64,000 nucleotides of DNA from Candidatus Colimorpha onthohippi (GTDB lineage: Bacteria; Bacteroidota; Bacteroidia; Bacteroidales; P3): NCBI GenBank assembly GCA_018064565.1, contig JAGHVA010000052.1:2220-66219 (forward strand), read 5' to 3'. How positions within the stretch are numbered: the first letter of the stretch is position 1; each line of letters opens with the position of its first letter. Of the stretch, positions 29,758 to 37,171 are shown one piece after another. The notes beneath the pieces are model-generated. The model was not told the DNA's origin. It did not search any database and worked only from the letters and a program-made list of their open reading frames with translations. Made by a program: the position numbers and the translations under genes.

Positions 29758-31503
29758 ATGAAAAAATACCTATGCGATACACTGCGTTCCGTTTCCGGTA
29801 AGCCAACAAATAACGGTTGTTACAAAACAACAAGCATTTTTGCCAAACTGATGCTCGTGGCTCTTATGATAATTCCATGTGTCGCAATAGCTCAAAACGA
29901 AAGCGAAAATGCCGTAAACAGCAAATACCACGATGACATTGTAGCGTATTTGCGTCAGGATTTGCAAAAAAAGGAAAAGCAATTTTCCAAACAAGCGGAA
30001 CGGATTTTAGTGAATCTGCCCAACAACCAAAAGCTTTATGACGAAACTTTTGTTAAGGTAAAGCTGGACGTTGACGAAGGAGTCAAAGAGGATGGGACTC
30101 CCGAAATGAATTTGGTGTATAGCATCTCTTACAATTGCAAACATATTGAAGGAGTTACCGACGACTACCCTTCTGGAACATACAATTGGAATCAGTCTAA
30201 CTCATGTAGAGCAATCTGTATGCTCACCAAAAACTTTGTAGAGGGAGCAGGCAAAGAGTTTTTCCCAAGCAACTCAACGCTTACGCTACGTATCCAATCC
30301 ACAACCGACAAAGTTGAAATCACACACATACCTTACAACGGCGAATACGGAGACTTCCGCTATTGCCCTGTAACATTCAACGGAGAGAACGTGCGTATTA
30401 GCGTTGACCAAGCCAACGGCATCAACAACAACGCACAACTTGCATATATCCGTACCCAATCGGTAAAGCGGTATATCGAAGACAACATACCGTCCATCAA
30501 GCGCGAGAGCAATCAGTACGAATTTGTCACCATCAACCACGACCTCGAAGGCGGACAATACCGCCGCAGCAGTATTGAGATTGTGGTTCACGGCTATTTC
30601 GACAAGAAAGCCAAAGAGATGATTGACAAACTCACACAAGACGATTACGTTGACTTTAATATCCCGAGTGTCGAACCCAACAGCAACTTCAACACATTCG
30701 CACTGATTATCGCCAACGAAGACTACCCTTCTCCGTTGCCATCAGTTCCGTTTGCCACCAACGATGGCAATATCCTTTACAAGTATTGCCTCCAAACACT
30801 TGGCATTCCAGAACGACATGTAAAGTTGATTCCCAACGCAAGCAAAGAGCAAGTCCGCCACGATGCCATTCGATGGGTTAAAGATGTAAACACCGCTCTC
30901 AATGGGCAAGCCAATATCATCGTTTACTATGCTGGCCACGGCACTACCGATGCCGACTACAAGCCCTACCTGATTCCTTGCGATGTCAACCTCGAGAAAA
31001 TCAAATCGCTGAACGGAAAGAAAGGAGTTGTTGGCACCGACCCTATACAGCTGTCCAAAAGTGAGACCAAAAACCTGTTAAGCCAATGTATTGCTGTTGA
31101 TACCCTTTGCGGCTGGTTCAACAAAGTAGCTACCAAGAGTATCACCTTTATCTTTGACGCAAGTTTTAACGGCACCCAACGCAATGGCAACCCGCTGTTC
31201 AGCAACAAGATATCAGCCAAGAAAATCAAGCCGCTCCGCGTGCGCAACGACATCTTGATATTCTCATCGTCCGAATATAACAAGACCTCATTTGCCTACG
31301 ACGACCAGCACCATGGGTTCTTCACCTACTTTATTCTCAAAGAATTGAAACGCACCGTAGGCGACATCTCTTTCAAAGAACTTTTTGACAATGTCACAAA
31401 AATGCTCAGCTACGAGTCGTCGCTTCAAGGCAAACTACAGCAGCCCACTATCGTTCCTGGTGGAAAACTCAAAGATACCTGGGAGGGGCAACGGCTTAAA
31501 TAA
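29758..31503 (+). CDS. Exported OmpA-like / caspase-like (peptidase C14 fold) two-domain protein; nucleophile position is Ser
   Basis: 581 aa ORF with a hydrophobic signal-like segment (LMLVALMIIPCVAIAQ). The OmpA_C-like part is NNAQLAYIRTQSVKRYIEDNI...YRRSSIEIVVHG. The caspase-like part is FALIIANEDY...NDGNILYKY...IIVYYAGHGTTD...YLIPCDV...ITFIFDASFNG. His is conserved in YYAGHG, but the expected DAC is DAS (AGT at 31162-31164). Confidence 0.65.
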   Translation: MKKYLCDTLRSVSGKPTNNGCYKTTSIFAKLMLVALMIIPCVAIAQNESENAVNSKYHDDIVAYLRQDLQKKEKQFSKQAERILVNLPNNQKLYDETFVKVKLDVDEGVKEDGTPEMNLVYSISYNCKHIEGVTDDYPSGTYNWNQSNSCRAICMLTKNFVEGAGKEFFPSNSTLTLRIQSTTDKVEITHIPYNGEYGDFRYCPVTFNGENVRISVDQANGINNNAQLAYIRTQSVKRYIEDNIPSIKRESNQYEFVTINHDLEGGQYRRSSIEIVVHGYFDKKAKEMIDKLTQDDYVDFNIPSVEPNSNFNTFALIIANEDYPSPLPSVPFATNDGNILYKYCLQTLGIPERHVKLIPNASKEQVRHDAIRWVKDVNTALNGQANIIVYYAGHGTTDADYKPYLIPCDVNLEKIKSLNGKKGVVGTDPIQLSKSETKNLLSQCIAVDTLCGWFNKVATKSITFIFDASFNGTQRNGNPLFSNKISAKKIKPLRVRNDILIFSSSEYNKTSFAYDDQHHGFFTYFILKELKRTVGDISFKELFDNVTKMLSYESSLQGKLQQPTIVPGGKLKDTWEGQRLK

Positions 31504-31698
31504 GACTGCACATCTACAACAACTTGAGATTACCTCGGACTGCTCGACTACGGTCGCTGCGGCGGTCGTTCAGTAAGGCTGGTATGCGACTAAGCACGCT
31601 GCCGCATCACGAAGCGTGTTCTGGCACGTATGAGTAGTCGTACCCAGTATTTCCTTGAGTCGTACGTCAGCGTTTCCTTGAGTAGATGACGTTATAAC

Positions 31699-32985
31699 TT
31701 AGTCTTTCAGACATGCCAATGGGATAAACTTAACCCCGTCAGGACGAGTGTATGCCATACTGCCTCCTGTCATGACAATGAGCAGGTCGGGCTCACGTAG
31801 CGGGACTTGCTTCTCATCCTCGTTAAGTTCTTGTATTAGTCGTTTTAGGTGTAATAGGTGTGCCGCACCATCATTAACCTCGCGACTGCCAAGTTTACAT
31901 TCAATAAGTGCGTAACGGCCATCCGAAAGATGCAGAACAAGATCGGCTTCAAGTCCATATCTATCACGATAGTACGATATATGACTATCAAAATCGGCTG
32001 TATATGCTCGAAGATCTCTGACACACATTTGCTCAAAGATAAAACCGAAAGTCTTAAGCTGTAACTCCAAAGACTCGGCACTTTGTCCTAATGCAGCCAC
32101 TGCTATCGAAGGATCGGTAAAGCATCGCTTAGGTGTACTTCGTATAGCAGCCTTGCTACGAATAGCAGGACACCAAGCATCAATATCCTGTATGACGAAG
32201 AGTTTCTCAAGGGCTGCCACATAGTCATCGAAGGTGTCTATAGACAGTGAAATGTCACCAGATGCTGTTACATCCGTAAGAAGGCTTGTCTTCTTGGCCA
32301 ATGTGCTGATATTTCTGGCATACGATTTCAATAATTGCTTAGCAATCTTTGGATTTCTCTGTCGGCCATCAACTGCAGAAATGTCATTATCACATACACT
32401 GTTAACATAGTCTTTTGCAATCATCATGCTTGCCTTCTCATCCATCTGTAAAGTAACAGGCCATCCACCACGACATGCCACACGAATCAATTTAGGAATA
32501 TCAAGCTTACTCGTTGCTCCGTTTATGTCATAAGAAGGATTATAGAACAATTCACGGATAGACACATTGCCTGAAGAATCTTTTGATTCCCAGAGGCTCA
32601 TAGGGTACATTTTCATTCGTGTAATACGACCAGTGCCAGTATGGCGAATCGTTGTCTTATCAACCGTATTACTACCCGTTAATATATATTGTCCAGGAAG
32701 ACCACCGCAATTATCTACTGCAATTCTTACTGCATCCCATATCTTTGGAGCATCTTGCCACTCGTCAATGAGACGAGGTTTCTCTCCTTTTAGTAAAAGG
32801 GAAGGCATGGTAGCCGCTGTCTCAAGATACTCATCTGCCTTATCTGGATCCTACATCTGGATGACACTTTTTGCATGCTGCATAGCCGTAGTTGTCTTAC
32901 CTGTCCATTTAGGGCCTTCGACAAGTATTGCTCCGAATGCTTCCAATCTCTCTTGAAGCAATCTTTCTCGTACAGTTGGTCGCAA
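31699..32985 (-). pseudogene. AAA ATPase with DUF4143-type C-terminal domain, interrupted by an in-frame TAG
   Basis: The track ORF 31699-32808 lacks a P-loop. The same frame continues upstream as (TTG)RPTVRERLLQERLEAFGAILVEGPKWTGKTTTAMQHAKSVIQM-TAG-DPDKADEYLETAATMPSLLLKGE. The TAG is at 32851-32853. The putative TTG start at 32985 lies one nt after the hsdR stop. Confidence 0.75.
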
Positions 32986-32986
32986 G

Positions 32987-35900
32987 TTATTCTTTCAAAG
33001 GCAATGGCTCGTCAGCAACCTTATATATTTCGTATTCCTCTTCAACCGTATAAAGCCCGCTTGTCGTTGGCGAAGGGATAGGATTGGCATCTCTGTAATC
33101 AATATCCTCGTTTTCCTTGAAATTCTCCACCTGCTCCATCACGTCTTTGAACACTTCGGAAGTGTATTGCGGTGGGTAGCCGTTCTTGACAAGGCAGATT
33201 TTGATTTTATATTTTAAATCGTCGCGAACCCGCTGGTTGTTGAGCCAATCGGCAAAGGCGGATTTTGCGTCGATGATTTCCCTGACCTTGCGGGCGAGAC
33301 TCTTGCACTTGTCGTTGACGACGATGCCGTCAACAATCTTATCCTCGCCATACTCGAAGTTGTTCGTGTCCCGTAGGTGAATAAGGATGTCATAGAAAGC
33401 CTTTTCCTCGAAGGTGAGCCCCAATTTGCGGAAACTCTCTCTGTCGGCCTGCATCGCCTTGAGAATGTTCAGGGCCTGCTCGGTGGCATTCTTGATGATG
33501 CTTTCCGCTGTCGTTTCCTGGGTTTCGCCCGCCTCCTCTTCCGACAGGAATTTTCGCCTATCGTGATAAATCTGGATGGTGTTTTCCAGCATCTCCTGGA
33601 ATTTTTTCGAGGCTACCTGATTTACCTTGCCATATTCCGTTATTTGCTTGCGGAGTAGTTTGATAAGCATTTCCAACTTTGTGGCTGGCATCTTGATGTC
33701 TTCAAGCCTTTCCGTAAACTCTGGGCCGAAGATGTCCATCTCTTCGCCCTCTTCGAGGATACTCTCCACTTTGTTGTATTTCAAGGCCTCTTCCACCATC
33801 TTCGCCACCCGTCTGTTCATGGTGTCGGTATCCGGAGCGTCGGTCCCGTTCATCTTATACACCATGCCGGCAATGGCCATGAAGCATTGCGCCAATGCCG
33901 ACTCCTCTTCGCCGAGTTCGCCCGAAGGCTGGCAGAGGTCGTAGGCCTTTCGCATCCGCTTCACGTATTGTAGGAAATAGGTTTTGAACGATACCTTCTT
34001 GGTCTTCTTCCCATCATCGCTGACGGAGTTGAGACTCGTGTTTGACGGCTGGACGGACTCTACCGCATCGACCGCCATTTCGCTTTCCGCCATGGCCTCC
34101 GCGCCGTCCTTGCCGACAGGGGTGAAACTCTCGTTCGACGAGAAGACGAACTCCGCGGCCTTGGCCAGCAGCGTGTATCTTGTTGCTGGGTCGGTCTCTG
34201 GGTTTAGGAACGGCTTTAGGTCGTAATTCACGAACAGGGTCTTCAGTATCTCTAAATGCTCTCGGAAGATGAGTGTGGCCTGCTCGATGTCGTCTTTGGT
34301 CAGCGCGACGGAGTTGTCGCCGCCATACATCTTGCGGGCTTCTATCATCTGGTCGCGAATGCCGATATAATCGACAATCAGCCCATACTCCTTGCCTGGG
34401 TATTTCCGGTTGGTGCGGCTGATGGTCTGTATCAGCGAATGCTTCTGCAACGGCTTGTCGTTGTACATGTAGGTGAGGCATTCCACGTCGAACCCCGTTA
34501 TCCACATATCCACCACTATGACTATCCGGAAGTTGGAGTGCACCTGCTTGAAGGCGGCGTCCAACGCTTCCGTCCGCTTGTCGTTCCTTACTCCTCCAAG
34601 GTAGTTGTACATCCTTTCCTCGTCGTTGCTCCCCACGCTGGCCACCATCGCTATGGTGGGCATCTCTTTCAGCCTGCGAAGTTCCTCGGACGAGACATTG
34701 GCGCCCGCTGGCGTTTTCCGCTCGACGAACCATTCAGGGTAATGCGCCTTGAACTTCATCAGCAGGTCGTAGGCTATCTTCCTGTTGGAGCATACTATCA
34801 TGGCTTTCTGCACACGGTCGGGGTCGTTGGCTACGGACGAGACATAGTGGTCGTGTATGTCAACGGCAAGTTTTTCGAGACGGTCCGACTCGCCAAGGAT
34901 GACCTCCAGCGAACTCATGGCCTTCTTGCTCCGTGTGATGTCTTCCTTTGTCGACCCCTCGTCGGCGCATTTGGCATAATAGGCCTCAATCTCCTTGGCT
35001 TTCTCCTGGTTCAGCAGCACCTTGGCTATGCGTGGATGGTACTTGATGGGCACGGTTATGTTGTCGGCTACGGCCTGGTCCATGGTGTAGCGGTCTATCT
35101 CGTCACCAAAGGTCTGGTAGGTCTCCGCTATGGGCGTTCCCGTAAAGCCCACGAAGGTGGCGTTGGGCAAGGCCTCACGCAGCACCTTCGCGTAAGGCTT
35201 GGAAATCATGGCCCGCATGTTCTCGTCGGCGTCCTCGCTGAACTGGATGCGTCGGGAGCCTTCAATCTGCGTGCGGTGCGCCTCGTCGCTGAAACAGATG
35301 ATGTTGCTGCGGTTGTTGATAAGACCTATCGGGTCGTCCTTGCGGTCGCAGAATTTCTGTATGGTGCAGATGAAGAAACCGCCGCTGTCGCGAAGCGAGA
35401 GTTCCCGACGCAGTGCTTTTCGGCTCGGCACCACCGACACCTCGCCCAGCCCCAGAAACTCTGTGCTCTTGGTAAAGAGTTTCGCCCCTTGCGATTGTAA
35501 GTCGTCGCGGTCCACAATCATCAGTATTGTCGGTGAGCCAATCTCCGCCGCGCAACGCAGCGAGAGCTGACGGGCAAGGAATGCCATGGTATAGGTCTTG
35601 CCGCAGCCAGTGGCGCCGAAGTAGGTGCCACCCTTGCCGCTACGTGTCTTCACTGATTTGACGACACTCTCCCTGAGCAGTCGTGTGGCGAAAAACTGCG
35701 GATAGCGGCACACAATCTCCCTCTCGTCGCTGTCAAAGTCCGTGTCCTGGAAATAGACATAGTCCCTGAAAATCTCCAAGAATCTTTCCGGACGATAGAC
35801 TCCCTTCACCATCGCCGCCAACTCATCGAAAGGCAAGGTGCCGCACTTGTCGCCATTCTCCACGCGCCGCCAGGCGTAGAAGTGCTCGTAGGGGGTGCGG

Positions 35901-36538
35901 ACCGTCCCCAAGCGGGTCTTGACGCCGTCGCTGATGCAGGCCAGTGGGCAGTAGTGCAGCAGTCCCGGAATGTCGCGCCAGTAGCGTATGTTTATTTGCT
36001 CCCACGCGTCTTCAATCGTAGCGTTGGCATCGGCGGGGTTCTTCAGCTCCATGATGCAGACGGGCATTCCGTTCACATATAGCAGCACGTCGGGACGGCG
36101 GTTCTTTGTCACGCCGTTGTTGAGGTACTCCACCGTGAACTGGTTGACCACGCGGAAGATATTGATGTTTTCCTTTTGCGGGTTGTCCAAACAGCCGAAG
36201 TCGATAAGGCTGACGGTCGTCGGGCAGCCCTCCTTATCGACGGCAGGCACTCCGTTCACCATCCAGCGATAGACCTTGTGCAGAGTGGCAAAATCCGTGT
36301 CGGCGCCGACCAGCCTGACGTTATCAGCTATGCGTTGCAACTCCTCGACCGCCACGTTCGTGTGGTTGTTTTTCAGGAACTGGAGCAGGTCGTCCATATA
36401 GAGCACCTCCTTCCGGTTGTCTCTTTGTATGGAGTCGCCAAGCAGATACTGCCAACCCTCTCTTTCAAGTAAAGCGATAAGCGCGTTCTCATAGTCGCTC
36501 TCCACAAAGTGCCCGTCGATATTCTTTAACTTTGCCAT
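32987..36538 (-). CDS. hsdR: Type I restriction endonuclease subunit R
   Basis: 1183 aa ORF with helicase motif I GATGCGKTYTMAF, a DEAH box (FSDEAHRTQ), motif VI-like QTISRTNR, and an N-terminal nuclease-like region (VLLYVNGMPVCIMELK). Confidence 0.95.
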   Translation of the reverse strand: MAKLKNIDGHFVESDYENALIALLEREGWQYLLGDSIQRDNRKEVLYMDDLLQFLKNNHTNVAVEELQRIADNVRLVGADTDFATLHKVYRWMVNGVPAVDKEGCPTTVSLIDFGCLDNPQKENINIFRVVNQFTVEYLNNGVTKNRRPDVLLYVNGMPVCIMELKNPADANATIEDAWEQINIRYWRDIPGLLHYCPLACISDGVKTRLGTVRTPYEHFYAWRRVENGDKCGTLPFDELAAMVKGVYRPERFLEIFRDYVYFQDTDFDSDEREIVCRYPQFFATRLLRESVVKSVKTRSGKGGTYFGATGCGKTYTMAFLARQLSLRCAAEIGSPTILMIVDRDDLQSQGAKLFTKSTEFLGLGEVSVVPSRKALRRELSLRDSGGFFICTIQKFCDRKDDPIGLINNRSNIICFSDEAHRTQIEGSRRIQFSEDADENMRAMISKPYAKVLREALPNATFVGFTGTPIAETYQTFGDEIDRYTMDQAVADNITVPIKYHPRIAKVLLNQEKAKEIEAYYAKCADEGSTKEDITRSKKAMSSLEVILGESDRLEKLAVDIHDHYVSSVANDPDRVQKAMIVCSNRKIAYDLLMKFKAHYPEWFVERKTPAGANVSSEELRRLKEMPTIAMVASVGSNDEERMYNYLGGVRNDKRTEALDAAFKQVHSNFRIVIVVDMWITGFDVECLTYMYNDKPLQKHSLIQTISRTNRKYPGKEYGLIVDYIGIRDQMIEARKMYGGDNSVALTKDDIEQATLIFREHLEILKTLFVNYDLKPFLNPETDPATRYTLLAKAAEFVFSSNESFTPVGKDGAEAMAESEMAVDAVESVQPSNTSLNSVSDDGKKTKKVSFKTYFLQYVKRMRKAYDLCQPSGELGEEESALAQCFMAIAGMVYKMNGTDAPDTDTMNRRVAKMVEEALKYNKVESILEEGEEMDIFGPEFTERLEDIKMPATKLEMLIKLLRKQITEYGKVNQVASKKFQEMLENTIQIYHDRRKFLSEEEAGETQETTAESIIKNATEQALNILKAMQADRESFRKLGLTFEEKAFYDILIHLRDTNNFEYGEDKIVDGIVVNDKCKSLARKVREIIDAKSAFADWLNNQRVRDDLKYKIKICLVKNGYPPQYTSEVFKDVMEQVENFKENEDIDYRDANPIPSPTTSGLYTVEEEYEIYKVADEPLPLKE

Positions 36539-36640
36539 TATGATGATTATTTTTCTTCTTCAAATTCGTCAATATCACGTATTACTCGTTGATACTTTTA
36601 CGCTCAATGTAACGGTTGTTGAAAAACGAACTTTATCATA

Positions 36641-36943
36641 TTATTTCTTGATAATAACCCAGTGTCCATCTTTGCGACCGCCTTCACGAGCGAGAATGCC
36701 CATTTCTTTGAGTATAAAAATATCCTTTTTAATCGTCCTTTGCGAAACAGATTCCTTTTCCGAAATCTTTTCCGAAATCTTTTGGGAAGTTAAAGTGCAA
36801 TCGTTATGGATGAGATGTAATATAAGTTGCTGTCTTTTAGATAATACGCAAAATATTTCTTTTGGGAAGTCTTTTGGGAAATCCTTTCTGAAATCATCGT
36901 CCTTATTATATGTAGTGCGTAACGATGTTATTTCATAGGGCAA
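36641..36943 (-). CDS. Small winged-helix (HTH) ORF, possibly a C-terminal remnant of a COG2865-type regulator
   Basis: 100 aa ORF with only a TTG start and an in-frame TAG four codons upstream. The tail LSKRQQLILHLIHNDCTLTSQKISEKI...SQRTIKKDIFILKEMGILAREGGRKDGHWVII resembles the HTH tails of such proteins. Two in-frame micro-duplications are present (DFPKDFPK, KISEKISEK). Confidence 0.4.
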   Translation of the reverse strand: MPYEITSLRTTYNKDDDFRKDFPKDFPKEIFCVLSKRQQLILHLIHNDCTLTSQKISEKISEKESVSQRTIKKDIFILKEMGILAREGGRKDGHWVIIKK

Positions 36944-37018
36944 GGTAAATCCCTAATGACCACGTCAAGGATGAATGCTACTTGACTAAGAGTATCAAGA
37001 TTTGGTTCTGAAAACCAG

Positions 37019-37171
37019 TCATTCCTCGAACTGGTTGTCTCTGTTTTGTGTAATGCTCTTGTTTCCACTCATTTTTTTAGTGCATTTTATCTTTGGAAAA
37101 GCGATAAGCGCGTTCTCATAGTCGCTCTCCACAAAGTGCACGTCGATATTCTTCAGTTTATTCTTCAGCAT
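37019..37171 (-). pseudogene. Remnant of an hsdR 5-prime end (51-codon ORF, below the track threshold)
   Basis: It translates as MLKNKLKNIDVHFVESDYENALIA then an unrelated FPKIKC..., whereas intact HsdR begins MAKLKNIDGHFVESDYENALIALLEREGW. At nucleotide level 37098-37153 matches 36471-36526 at 55/56. Its ATG overlaps the stop of the RloC-like gene (ATGCTGA). Confidence 0.75.

Noticed and set aside
32851-32853. TAG in the ATPase gene as programmed read-through or recoding
   Set aside because: TAG terminates other well-supported genes in this window (DUF58 at 22274-22276 and the TatD-like gene at 50541-50543). No recoding machinery or signal is visible. A pseudogene or a sequencing error is the simpler explanation.
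34014-34733. 239-aa minus-strand ORF in an alternative frame of hsdR
   Set aside because: This is an off-frame reading of hsdR. Its product is Arg/Gly/Pro/Gln-rich low-complexity sequence typical of frame-shifted GC-rich coding DNA.
34256-35500. 414-aa plus-strand ORF antisense to hsdR
   Set aside because: It lies entirely inside the well-supported hsdR gene (helicase motifs present). Its product is rich in Gly/Val/Arg/His/Leu with no recognisable motif. Long stop-free antisense frames are expected in this locally GC-rich DNA.
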